Shown in pieces: positions 51,259 to 64,000 of a stretch of 64,000 nucleotides of DNA. Below the pieces are notes generated by a model that saw nothing but the letters and a program-made list of their open reading frames with translations, ran no database searches and was not told the origin of the DNA. Each line of letters starts with the position of its first letter. Position 1 is the stretch's first letter. Source of the stretch: Hydrolagus affinis (Eukaryota); assembly GCA_012026655.1 (NCBI GenBank), contig JAAILG010001009.1:1-64000 (forward strand), in the 5' to 3' direction. Position numbers and translations under genes: made by a program.

Positions 51259-52244
51259 AATAAATGGGATAAACAACAAGATGCAAATGCTGATTGTCAC
51301 ATTTGCCTGACCTGATAATAGCAGCTGCAAAGATTACTCTCGTCCCTCAATACCCACCTCCCCACCCTCCAAACAAATACACACACCAGAACCAGTGCAG
51401 ACAGTGGGGAAGAGAAGAAGGAAGCACACGTGGATTGGAAATTAGTTTCCAGGTAAGTGATATAACCACTTTTTAACTGTGCTCCCTGTTCCCTGACCCA
51501 TTGGAATTTTTCACCACAGAGTACTGCTGAGGTTGGTGAGCATATGGACTTTATCCAATAGTACTTTAAATGGGCACTTGCAATACTCTATGGTCAAAAT
51601 GTGCCTCTGGATGCTGTGAGGTCGAGATATAGATCGCAGGCACCTGACGGATGTCTTCAATCTGTGGAGTGTTGAAAGTAGCCATGCTCATAGTTGAACC
51701 ACATGAATTCCAGTGTGGAGTCAGCTCATTTTATGTATCATCCACCTTCACTATTTTGGTCGGTAGCAATCTAAGATTGTGTTTTTGGTGCCAAAAAGCT
51801 CTTTTACAATGTTTTAAAAAGCGTTGTGAGACGTTAATAATAATAATCCTTGCATCTAATACAATGCTTTTCACGTCTTCTAGACGTCTCAAAGCGCTTC
51901 ACAGAATATACTGTAAATATAGTAGTTCACCTGACATGAAATATAAATCTAAATGCATTGTTAAAGTAACAAAAATGTGGTTTGGAATACTCAAAAGTAA
52001 TAATACTTAAGAATGCAGAGCTTTAAATATCTTGATTGTCAGGTTACTGCTCTTATCTTACAATGGAGGTTTGGACACAGCAATGGAAACTATAAAGATT
52101 CATTTAGATGCCACCTGAAAAGTTACAAAGCAATATTTAAGAAAACATCTGATATATATAAAATATACAAGTATGATTGATCAAGGGATAGGGGTATCAG
52201 ACCCCAAAGATTCCACAGATCTTTCCATTTGAAAAGCATATTTC

Positions 52245-52525
52245 ATAATAATAATAATCCTTGCATTTGAAATAGAGCTTTTCACATCTTCCAGATATTT
52301 TAAAGCGCTTCACAGAATATACTGTAAAGTGAATTGACTATATTTATCGGTGAATCCACAGCTGTATCCCATAAACAGTCATGGATTGAAATGACCAATT
52401 TTTTTTTGAGGAATTATTTTTAGACGTGTGGAATAAGGAAACTTGCCCAAAGTTTCACCCTGCCTGGAATCTAACCCAGGTCTCTCTCTTGCAAGGAGAG
52501 TGCTCTAACCACAGAGCTACAGGAA
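52245..52525 (-). mobile_element. Full-length young tRNA-SINE with an internal deletion
   Basis: Reverse complement of the family consensus. Confidence 0.86.
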
Positions 52526-52702
52526 CTCAACTTGTTTAATGTTGGGAAGATGTCTCAAGGTGCTTCAAATAATTTACTGTAAAGTGTACCGACTGTTTTG
52601 TGTAAGCCAACGTCTAATTTGAAGCTGCTTTATGGTACTATCTCATAAACAAATGTCTTTTTGTCTACAATACAGCATCAAAATATAATTTCACAACACA
52701 TG

Positions 52703-53745
52703 AGCTCTCATACAAAAGCTTCAATGCAATATTAACCACAATATTTTAAATTAAGAAGAAAAGTTGTCACAACATTGGAAAGTTACCCTACATTGAGGTT
52801 TGTTAGACTAAGCTTCCTCTCCATCAATTCTCATGGCTGAGATACAGAGAGTACAGAGGCTTTAAGATGTTCAAATTATATATCCACAAATCTGAACAAA
52901 ATGGTTGACGCTTTATTGTTAGTTGTCACTCGCAGAAACATCCTAGAGGTGATTCAAAAATCTATAATTAAGGAATAAGGCAAACTCCATTTCCAGAAAG
53001 TGATAGAATATTCTCTTTCATTTTTGAAATGTTGTTTTAAGCTATACTTCGCATAATGCAGAATTTATTGACAATCAAGGCTTGTTTCAATGGGTATTCA
53101 GATACAGGGTGCAAAGAGGAATTAGACAGTTAGTTCCTCCAGTTTGGAAAACCCCTCTCCCTTAAGCAAGAATATTTCTGTAGCCATATCATCTGGATGT
53201 TTGCAAAATTAGAAATAAAAGGCATCTCACGAAGCGGACTGAGAAAACAAACAGCTACCTTTTTGGATCATCTTTACAAGGTGCTGAAGGGCAGGCTGTG
53301 CCTGTGGAATTGTACTCCAGCAAGAGTCAATGTCTTTGGGAAATTAGTGAAATAGGCAAAGTAAAGAAATTGATGCTTAAACAATCTGAAGAGACAGAAA
53401 AGTTATCACTAACAAATCAAATTGTGCTAGTGAGGTGAAATATGAAATGAAAAAAGAAACTATTTATTCATTTAAATTTTGCAAAACAAAAGTAAGCTTA
53501 CAATAACATAGTTGCACTTTTTTCTCCAAGTATATATTTTTATTGCTAAGAAAGTCCCCAAACTTAGTTAATGCACTAATTTATTCTTAATTTAACTTGA
53601 TGAACAAAATTGGGGTTCTCGTGTACAAATTAAGCTCTCATACAAAAGCTCCAGTGCAATATTAGCCACAATATTTTAAATTAAGAAGAAAAGTTGTCTC
53701 ACCATTGGAAAGCTCCCCTACATTGAGGTTTGTTAGACCAAGCTT
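52703..53745. repeat. 113-bp direct duplication (52703-52815 and 53633-53745)
   Basis: Ungapped alignment with about 8 mismatches, offset 930 bp. Confidence 0.92.
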
Positions 53746-55752
53746 TTAAAAATCTAATGATTGTCCTTGTTGCAATTTTGTAGCACAAACATTTAATTTG
53801 TTAAATTTAATTATGGTATCAAAGGTTCCTTGTTTTTTTTACACGACCCTTTTAACAATGATCTTTGAGAGACAAATGACAATGACATCCGCATAATAAT
53901 TCTACTGTTTCATATTGCGCAACATATGCAACATAAGTTTCCAAAAAAATTCAATCTACTTTTTATCTGTATTGTTTTAATATGTAAATGTATTCAGTAA
54001 TATCCTTGGGAGAGCGAAACACCCCTAAATCTGGCATTGATACAAATCAAATTCCAAAGAAGCATCTGGCATTTGAACAAACTGAAACCAATTTGCTTTG
54101 ATATTTGGTTGATTTGAACTTAGGAAGAAGTCAGTCTCTTCAGGGCATGTTTGTTCGCACTAGGTAGGATATGCTACTGAAAGTTTGTAAAGGATTCAAA
54201 ACACTTCATTCACAAACATTGGGGAAGCTTTCAAACCGCTGGCTCTCAAAAAGATCAATTCATAAGATTGTAATAAAGATGAAGAAAACTGCATCCTTCC
54301 AGAAAATTTGAATTATTCAGCACAAAAGGAGGCCATTCGACCCATTGTGACTTTGTTGGCTCTTTTAAGAGATGTCCAAATCAATCCCACTCCCCCATGC
54401 TCTCCCCATAGCTCTGCAAGTTTGTCCTCCCCCAAATAATTATCTAATTATCCTATCAAACCATTTGTTTGTTTATTTCAGTCCAGTGGATTAAACCTGT
54501 TCCAGCTGTTGATTACCCATTTTGTAAAGAAAAGTTGTAAAATTTTCCTTTACAATCCTGAAACTGTAACCTCTGTAACCATGGCATATCATTGTGTTGT
54601 TCTGGATTTATTTTCACGATCCAAATTATAATCCTGACCCCACTATGACTGACCACTTCCAAGTTCTCCTTCCAGTCCATCCTTGCTTGGTTTCCTATGC
54701 AAAGTCCAACACAAAATTCAAGAATCTCTTCCTCATCCATCATACTTAAATAACTAGCTTAAAATCTGCACAACCTAGCTGTCTCCTCCATTTTCTCACT
54801 CCATCCATCCTCCGATTTTCTCCTTTTATTTGATAAGAGCGTGTGCCTGAATTCCGTGCTTTCCTACAGCTGTCTTGCATCATTTTGCCTTTGTCCATCC
54901 AACCCATTGTAACATTTCACAATCTGTTGACGATGTAACAGATGCCTCTTTGTACAGTATATTCAATCATTTTTTAACGTCTACTATGAAGAGGCTCCTT
55001 CCCAAGTCCATTGCTTCAATTCTGAAGAAAGGGCTTAGTCATAACGTCAATCTACCTTTTTACTTTCAGATACTGATCGACACCCTGTGGATTTGCACCA
55101 TCTTTCTGTGTGTGTGTGTTTTTATTTTACTTTGAAGTTTCCTTTTTATCTCATTGAATGGTTCTATCGTGCATCGTCTAGCGAGCAGATCATATTGAAT
55201 GACAACCCCACTAGAATCAGCACATCCCCTCTATAAAGCTAGCATGTTAAATGCAGGAAAATAATCTAGGAGCCATTCTCCTGAGCCTGAAACAAAATCA
55301 AAAGAAACAAAGTGGAACCTTGATTGTCCGCCAATTTCAATTATCCACTTGAGGGCTGTTTTCTGACAGTGTAGTTGAGATTAGGACGTTGCTGCTAAAG
55401 ACACCTCGGGTGTACCTGCTATTCTGCGCACCTGGGTATTAATGTACCAAAGCACTCCTCAGAATTGCATCAGAAAAATTAAGCAATATTCTCAAACAGT
55501 GTAACTTATTGAAGACCATACAACAGCAACTTGCATTTATGTAGCTCCCTCCACCCAGGGGAGTGTCTCGCAGGGCTTGTCACACGCTGCACGACACGAT
55601 TTGAGCAAAATAATAATGCAGACATGAATTGTTCTTTTATCGGTGACACTGTGAAACACTAGTAATGGTAACTCTGAAGCTGGAAGTTAAAGTAAATAAA
55701 TTATACATTTGATTGGGTGCAAATAAATGAATTAACATTCGCGGGAAGTTAC

Positions 55753-56381
55753 CTGCACCGAATTTGGGTCTAAAGCCTGGACCTGGGGTGGTTGTATCCC
55801 AGCGGGTCTCGAAGGTCTTGTTGTAACTTGAGTCCAGGCACTTGAGTTTGTTCCTCCATTGATGGTGCTAACCAAGATCCTATATTCATACGTGGTCCAC
55901 GGGTTAAGGGCTACAGAATGATCCACATATCTCATGGGCTGCTCAACCTTTGTGGTCACGAGAGTGGAGATTTCTTCTGTTCCCTTAACCTTCCTTTCTA
56001 TCACAAAGCTGTCAATGAGACCATTGGGACGGAGTGGCTGTTGCCAAGATACAAGCACTGAGGTCGGGGTGTCGGAATAAAGTTCGGGATTGGGAATATC
56101 TTCAGAGGCAGTGGGGAGAGTTCGAACCAAATGTGACTGTGGTGACAGAGAACATCCCGCTGCTGTGCAACATTCCACTTGGAAAATATAGGAGGTGTAT
56201 GGTCGTAGATGGGATGCAGAATATCTAGTGCTGTGACCTGACAGTTGGACTAGTCTGGAACCATTCTGGTAAACGCTGTAATGAGTGATATTTCCATTCG
56301 GCTGAGATGGGTGTTGCCACGTGACTAACAGACTTCGAGACTTGACATCCAACAAAAGGGGTGGATCCATCAGCCCTGGTC
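55753..56381 (-). CDS. USH2A: Usherin coding exon (human exon 41 equivalent), two FN3 repeats, 629 nt
   Basis: Translation (R)PGLMDPPLLLDVKSRSLLVTWQHP...VTTRPSRPAGIQPPQVQALDPNSVQ matches usherin. Acceptor ttctttcag|GA, donor CAG|gtaact, phase 1 to 0. Same length as the human exon as recalled (c.7595-8223). Confidence 0.97.
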
Positions 56382-59300
56382 CTGAAAGAAATCGAAAAAT
56401 GAGAATTAATTTCCAATCCATCTGTTTTAATTTACTGTTGTCTTCATTTTTGCCCTCACAGGTTCCGTGTACGAACCCATGGGGGCAGGCAAGTGTTCAC
56501 CTGCACTCATACCCCTTGTGAATTGACTGGTCATTGGGAGTTATGTGAGAATTGACCAGGGTCTCACCTTCAGTATTCCCCCGTGCTCCACGCCTTCTCT
56601 CCCTGTAGGGATCTGCACAACCGCTTCTCCCAGCAGCATATGTGAGATCAAGGCATTCCCTTGAAAGGGGAATTGTCTGCTTAAAACTTCATTTTGTCTT
56701 AAATGTAAATTGTTTTGTATTGTATTGTATCCTGCCACTCCTCCACCTTGTACGCAAGAGTATATGATAATCATTCTTATTAATCATCACATTGAAAAGT
56801 CAATACACACAGTCACTCCACTTTACAGTATGTCCCGTGAAACAATTTGCAATGTAATCCCGACGTGAAAGGTGTCACACCAAAGAATTATTACTATTGC
56901 ACATCAGAAGGACATCTCAAAGCATTTCAATGGATATATTGTAAAGAGTAGTGGGTATTTTGTAGTGTTATACTAAAGAACTGCACCAGTCTTGTATCCA
57001 GAAATTTTAATGGTATATTTTTGCTTTTTAATTTCCCCTCTATTTTGACTCAACAGGCACCAATTGCGCTCTGATACCTTGTAAGGCATCACACTAACAG
57101 GCAGCTGAATAGCGTGATCAGTGAGACAGAAGTCGAATGCCATGGATTTGGCCTCATGGATGTCACCATTGCCATATCCAGGAGGGGAAGGTGGGGGGAG
57201 GGAGGAAGAGGAGGGTTCACTTCTGACAGTCCGTGAATACTGACATTGAAAACTACTCATTGCATATGAATTAAAACCATCTGATAGATCTGTGTTTGAA
57301 CTACCATTATTAAACATGTAAAAACTTACATTTCTGACTTGACTTTTATGACACTACTTCTCTAATGTCCAGCAGCATGTATGTTTTAAAATATATGGTT
57401 GTGAAATGTCAATTAACAATGATTCAATTGATACACCCGCTTCACAATACTCTACTACTCTACATGTAACCTATACGTTGCAGTAGTGTATCACAGAATT
57501 AGGGTATGGTTGAATTTGACAATTCAACGTCAAGCTAAGGATATGTTAATTGTTTGTAAAATATCAGATTTCATCTGCTTTGTATGTTAGAAGTGGGAAA
57601 AACACATTTTCATTTCACGAACTGGCTGAACTGATTAGTTACGTCTCGTTCACTCAAGAACCAATTTCCTTTCACACAGTTCAGCACTGATGATTCTTCA
57701 CGTGGAGTTTTAAGCCACAATTTCCCATGTCATATTAGATAATATGTTACCTTGGGGTTCTTAGTTGATGGTATTTCTTTTCAGGTTTCTTATAATTGTA
57801 CAATTCTGAGTAAAAAACCAGTCAGAAAACAGTGCAAATTAGACCCCATTGTTTGAATTACTCCGTTTTGCTTCCTTGGTGAATATATATGCATGCATAA
57901 TATTTGATTGCTAGCTCTATAATGTGATACACAAGGAGCATTTGCCAAACAAGCTACAGCAAACATTAACATAAATTTGTCTGGTGTTAATTCACAAGAT
58001 GAAATGACTGCAAATGACAGCTTGCTTAAAACAATAATCAGAAGAAAAAGATTTCTTTCTTTGCACAACAGTATCATTGTGTTGCTCAAATCACAACTGA
58101 AAACCATTTGCAATACAATTTTGCAGCCCCATAAATGACAAAAACATATACAAAATAATAAATTCAGGTGGTGCAGACCTCCAGACAGTTTTCGCAAAGG
58201 GTTAAAGTACAACAGACTAGATGGGAAAGCATAATTTACCAGATGTCACTCATTTCTAAAACAGTTAATATTACACATGCAAATTCTCCTGACTGGACCA
58301 GCAGGTGAGTCACCTCATGACAGCAGGGCATTCACACTGGAGAGCGAGGCAAAATTGTCCAGCTCAACTCATACCTCCTATTGACCAAATGTACAGCAAG
58401 ATTTGGCAGCAGTCACAGAGAGGCTGACAGCTTCGACCGCTTTTACTGACTGAAGCGGGCTGTGATATGTGGAGGTGGGGGTTGAAGAGGTGATAGTGGT
58501 GGGGTAGAGGGTGGGGGTGGGGTGGGGGAGAGGGGGAGGGTTGGGGAGAGGAACAGTCCAGGTGGAAAACAGGAGTGCGGAAGGGCGAGTGGGAGGGGGC
58601 AGCGGATGAGGAGTCCACCTGGAAAGCATAAATGTAAATAACAAAGCGCTCACTATCACAGTTAGGTTATTAGAGAAAAAAAATCTCAACAATGCATCAT
58701 AGCTCTTGTTCATTATTCTTAGGTTTTATCGCCTGGAATGATGGGCAACCTCCAGACAGTTCTTCAGAACGCTCAATAGTCTGCTTATACATCGGGTTAA
58801 TTTCGAACACACCTCATTGTTCAAGTTCAAACTGTCAGGGAAGGAACGCCAGCGTTTCTTAGCATTCATGTGTTTATCATGCTAATCCTGGTTTTGGCAT
58901 TCATCTACTCTGTGTTAATATTACAGATGATTTTGCTGGGACTGTGACAGGGGCTGCCGATTTAGCCCCTTGCTCGTTGATAAATAAACATTGCACACAT
59001 CTGACCTTTAGGTTAACAGGTTTTTATGCTTGCTCCACTCAACACTGTTACTGATTCAATTATCAGAAAGGTTCAAGTGCCTTCATGAATACTGAAAGAT
59101 TCCACCGTATGTCTGTATAGGTGTTATGGAACAGCAAATTTGATGCAACTCTCATGAGAAATTCCATAATTGTAAATAATTTTACCACATGAGACAATCA
59201 AGTCACCTTGAATGCAAACCCCTGGTCTGCTGAGGAATGTGTTATTTAAGCTTTACTGGTCTGTGTTAAATTCTGCAATTTGAAGGGCTGTTAAGTTTTT

Positions 59301-61211
59301 CAATTGAAATTTCATTTAAAATTCAGCGCTTTTTATTTCATTGATGCTTTACTGCTCTCAAGGTACAAGCAGGATCTTGGTGCAATAACACAAGTCCAGC
59401 TCAATCAGTGATCAGTAACTGCCATAATTCCAGGACATTCAATACACTTATAAACTAGATGTTGCAATCTATAAATTGCCAGCCGTCCACTAAGCAATGA
59501 TTACACAGCTACATTTCTGCCGATTGCAATTTATGACATTTGTATAACGGATAATTTGCTACATTTAAAAAAAATCTTTTTTTAATAAACAAGGAGATAT
59601 TTTTGGGTGGGGGTGATCACATGAATTCATATTAGATTTGGCGTTAGAAAATAAATATTAAACTTCTACAAATGAATGCATTTATGTTTGAATTGTTTGC
59701 TGGTCTGAACAATGACTGATGGTGTAAAAAATGAAGGATATTACAGTATAGACCCAATGATATGGTCCATTAGTGTGTATGAAGTGATGGGTCCTAAAAT
59801 ATCATTGTATGCGTGTCTTGCCTTTCTGACTCATACAGAAATGTGCCAGCCAAGCTACAATTAAGTAAAACGGCTCATACCAACTGCCTCTGCTCTCTAA
59901 TCATTTGAGAGAGTACTATCCTACTTGGAATTGGGGTATTAATAGCACTTTATAGTTGTCTTGCAATATTGGATTATTAACCCTTCACAAAAAATTGTTC
60001 TGTAAAGACAACAAACTGAATGGCAGAATTCAGAAGATGATTTCGGCAGTTTTTTGAATTCTTTCCAGGCATATATTGTATATCCAGCATATCAATTCCA
60101 TCAATTACACTGTTGTGCTGAAGTCAACAATCTGTCCATCTCTAAAAGGATACTCTCCAATAAAAATAAACATTGATGCAAATACTGGTGTAGAAAGCAA
60201 TCAGGGCACATGTAGGCAATTCATTAAAAGTGCATTACTCTTTCAAAGAAAGGGTGAAATACAGCTCGCATAAGAAAATACTCAGATTCAGAAGGCTACC
60301 AAATTCATTGGCTCTTTCCCTGTGAAGGTGCTTTTGTGTCTGTGTGCGTCGAGGAGGGTAGGTCACTTACGAGGGAATGTGACCTCAAACGATTTTGACA
60401 CATTCCATCAACTTAAAAAAAATGCCACTGTCATAGCAAATTTGACTTAAATGAACCTCTAAGCGATAAACAATACAATGTGGAAAAAAAGTGAGGATTT
60501 TCAGGTTGCTTTACCGTTTCTTAGCACGTAAAGAAATAACTAGATACAAGTCCAGCTGAGGGCTAAACCTCTGGTCAGAGACAGCACGTCAATCAACAGC
60601 TGCATCACTGACTACACTAACTGGGGAATTCTACAATTCCCCCCAGCTCAAACTAATGGCGATTTTGCAAGAGCTTCTAACTAGGTAAAATCTAATTGAG
60701 GATTTCAGCACTTCCCCCCTCCTCCATGTAGCAGAGGGAGCATTTACTCAATGCTGACTCCCTGAGGAGTAAAGATTTCTCTGGCTAAAAACTAACAATT
60801 AGTTCACAAAGAATTTCACAAAGAACTGAAGAATTCAAAAATTCTAAAATTGTGCCTCCTGGTTATAAGATAGAACCTATTAACAGCTCGAAAGTAAGAA
60901 ACGATCCCTACACTTAACTAAATGATGATGGTGATATTAAAGCAAATAAATCCTATCCGAGGTTAAAGAGAACTCCATGGGGAAAGATATGCGTGGACTT
61001 AAGGACCAGACATGTATAAATCCTCCTGACCTGGACTCAATGCTTTAGGTGGTCTACAGGGAAGCAGCAGAAATCAGCCTCAATTATGCCCATAGAATAC
61101 TGGGAACATTTCAGGCTAAGAATTTAAAGGGAAACTGTCCACATGTAACTACTGTAGCAATTTGATTATCCAACTCCCACTTACACAATCTGAATAATTT
61201 AGATTAATAAG

Positions 61212-61420
61212 AATAATAATCCCTTGGAAAAAACAATAATAAATTGGTCATTTAAATTGGTCATACCGTGACTGTTTATGGGACATTGCTGGCATAATTG
61301 GCTGCTGCATTTCGTCCACAAATATACAGTCAACTCACTTTACCGTACAATCTGTGAAGCACTTTCAGACATCTAGATGACGTGAAAAGAGCTGTATCAA
61401 ATGCAAGTATTATTATTATT
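61212..61420 (+). mobile_element. 5'-truncated young tRNA-SINE
   Basis: Family body and (TAT)n tail. Confidence 0.84.
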
Positions 61421-61739
61421 AGGTTGTTACTTTTTGTTTATTTGTTGTTAACTAATGTAGAGCCTCACTGGAGATTATTCTGTGTCCATGATTCCCAGGT
61501 AGCGGAATGGTGGATGTGGGTTTAAGTGCTCTTCTCCTCAGTTTGAGAAGTTTAGTGAATTTGTACCTGTGTGCTTATAAGTAAAGTTGGTGCAAATTAA
61601 TGACAACTTGCATTTATACAATACCCATCTTAATGGAAACTGTAAGGAGTATAAACACCAGCACAGATTAGTTGAAGCGGGTGGTCTGTTTTCATTCTGT
61701 ACAGTCTATGTAAATTTACGTAATGTATCAGAAATACAA

Positions 61740-62056
61740 AAAAGTAGTGTCGATCAGGGTCCAGGTGTGAGATTGGAAGGAGAGTTGATCATCAAACGTG
61801 AAAGTCAAGGTTGAATACTGGGTTAGTGAAATTGAGAGATGAGTCAGAAAGGTTGAGGAAGTCGGAGGTTGAAAATAGTCATTGGTGGGACCCGAATGAG
61901 GATGTCTTCTGTTTTGCGTACGTTAAACTGAAGGCTCATTTGCACGGGGAGGTCTGACAGGCAGGCGGTGGACAGAACATCAGTGGACACCCAGAATCAA
62001 GAGGGGAAACAGAAAAGCCTAGTCGGGTGTCATCTGCATAAGTGTGAAAACTAATT
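61740..62056 (-). mobile_element. Decayed L2-clade reverse transcriptase fragment
   Basis: The minus strand reads TTT CAC ACT TAT GCA GAT GAC ACC (FHTYADDT, the YADD catalytic motif), followed by a LN..KTE-like segment. Confidence 0.75.
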
Positions 62057-63252
62057 CCCTGTTTAATAATTATGATAATAAATGCAAATTACATGTAATG
62101 TGACATTACAAATGCAAAATTTGAATTGTGCTATCTGTATTAATAAGCGCACATGGGTAAATTCTGCATGCTTATTGAGCTTATTACGCTTAGTGTAAAA
62201 CAATATTCAGTTCACATATCAAATAATTTGTTACATGGTGTACAATAACCCCATTTATAACTCTTTTAATTGTAGATGATCAAACTCCGTGTGTTATTTC
62301 CATATGAGTGTACAATGGAAGAGGGTAATCACTCTTGAGTACACTGGGAGATTGGGAAATGCTTACCAGAATAATTTCATAGGTGATCATTTCAGTGCTC
62401 GTAAGGTGATATTTTTGAATTCTAAAATAGGTCATAGATTTCTACATGGTAAAATCATGCTCAAAGTGGAAGCTAGCACAATTCAAGAAGTAAGAATTCA
62501 GGTATGAAATAGCATTACATGATGGTCGTAAAGTATTAATGGAATTGTAAAAGCAAAATCCAGCCAGTTGGTTCAACTTTTTAAAATCGCTATACATCAA
62601 AAACGGTTCACTAGCTGCAGAAATCAATGGAAAAGATAACATGGGAAACTGAGTTAACACTTTTAGAAAAAGTGTTAACTCTCTCCTTCCCCTGCCTCCA
62701 CACACACTAAATATATCAACAACTTTCCATTTACTATTCTCCCAAAAATAAACAAGTGCTACAGAAACAACGAACAATTTAACTTAACTTGTCCCTCTCT
62801 GTTATATGGAGAAATACCAATGCAGGAATATAGTTGAGGACCCAAGTCTTATATCACAGCCAGCTTGAGTGTCAGTGGACGGTCGGTGGTCTCACTGCTA
62901 ACTAGTAGCGTCTCCGCAATAAAATGGGAGGAATTAACTCATTATTTTGTTTTTCTATCTTCTGATTTTTGTTTTATTACCTCTCCGATTTTCAAGGTTC
63001 TCATGTGGTATGGTACTCAGGACTAAGACAAGGAAACCAAATTCACAAGATCACCAGAGAGACGTGCGGATAAAGAAGGCCCTTCAGCCCATTTGCTCTC
63101 ATCTCTTGGGAATACCCACACTAACATTCTCCCATCACAGCATTAAGTTCTTTCGTAACTGGATCCAGTGACATCGATAAAAATTCTATGTGTTTTTTCA
63201 CTGCTTCTATTTCTCATTAGCCAAGGGAAGATCTTGGCAGAAAGTGCTGGAT

Positions 63253-63357
63253 ATTAATAATAATAAGCACTTCATGTAGTGCCTTTCCACATCTTTGAGA
63301 CGTCTCAAACCGCTCCTCAGAATATATTGTAAAGTGAATTGACTGTATTTTGTGGGC
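63253..63357 (-). mobile_element. Young tRNA-SINE 3' tail
   Basis: Reverse complement of the family tail. Confidence 0.82.
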
Positions 63358-64000
63358 TGTGAGGCCATTGAAAAGGAATACAAATATGACAAGTAAATGG
63401 CTGCAAACATTCTGCCTTTAAAAAAAATCAGAGTCCAAATACATCACTTCAGACAATGTTTTGCATAGTACCCAATGAAAACTGCTAGTTCCTGATTCCT
63501 TAGTAAAAATACATTTCAATTGAATACAAAACAGCTTGGGTACATGCAGCTCTCAATCAGATATAGGACAGCATTGAAGCCACCGCTGAGAGCTTCAGAA
63601 TAGTAACTGGAATCTGAATTCCCAGGCAACTGAAGGCAGCAGGGAATCTTGTTTGATTGTAAAGATGATTAGGTGTTTTGGATGTGTGTTTGATTAAAAT
63701 GTCATGCACTCGGATGGTTCTGGGTTCACACAATGGAGTTCAAAAACGAGTAATGATTTTAGTTTTGAGCAATTAAGTTGATAAGACAAGCTGGCGAATT
63801 AAGTAGGAAAACATCTTTTCTATAATAAAAAAAAGAACCTTCCTCAAGTTCAAAACCATGGCACCCTAAATTACATCTCAAAGCAAAATCCGACAAATAA
63901 AAAGCAACGCAAACCCATTATACAAACTTGGTTTCAACAGGTTCTATCAAATAAGATATAAAAATAGATTGTGCTAACTGAACCGAAGTGATAGTAATAA

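Noticed and set aside
56973-57317. 114-aa minus-strand ORF as the exon-40 equivalent or a new exon
   Set aside because: No FN3 signature or usherin similarity. I found no exon-40 match in 56382-64000, so it probably lies beyond the window.
57624-57685. GCTGAACTG...CAGTTCAGC stem as a possible miRNA or snoRNA
   Set aside because: Only 9 bp pair around a large unpaired loop; no match to a miRNA I recognise and no convincing C/D box pair.
1-64000. A novel multi-gene or prokaryote-type system
   Set aside because: All coding signal is explained by USH2A exons and decayed LINE fragments. No second gene, operon, array or intact transposase was found on either strand.

Overview
Eukaryotic, AT-rich vertebrate genomic DNA. 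The repeat content (DeuSINE/SacSINE1-type SINEs, an abundant younger tRNA-SINE, CR1 and L2 LINE relics) points to a cartilaginous fish, most likely a chimaera such as Callorhinchus; this is an inference. The whole window lies inside one large minus-strand gene, USH2A (usherin). I located 13 consecutive GT-AG coding exons, equivalent to human exons 41-53 as I recall the human structure. They total 2,988 nt (about 996 codons), join in frame with compatible phases, and encode fibronectin type III repeats plus the Cys-Cys-rich region. The introns are full of SINEs, LINE 3' fragments, Tc1/mariner-type and hAT MITEs, and micro/minisatellites, often nested. I found no prokaryotic-type system, nested gene or genuine RNA gene, and cannot support a new multi-gene system. 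The most unusual signals are local rearrangements tied to exons: (1) a tandem duplicate of the exon-44 neighbourhood from which the exon and its splice sites are missing at a GTG microhomology; (2) a 90-bp inverted duplication bracketing exon 48; (3) splice-site oddities (NAGNAG at exon 52, a purine-rich acceptor at exon 45); (4) a Cys-rich module apparently inserted within one FN3 domain. Repeat boundaries are by eye and approximate; exon boundaries were read at base level.
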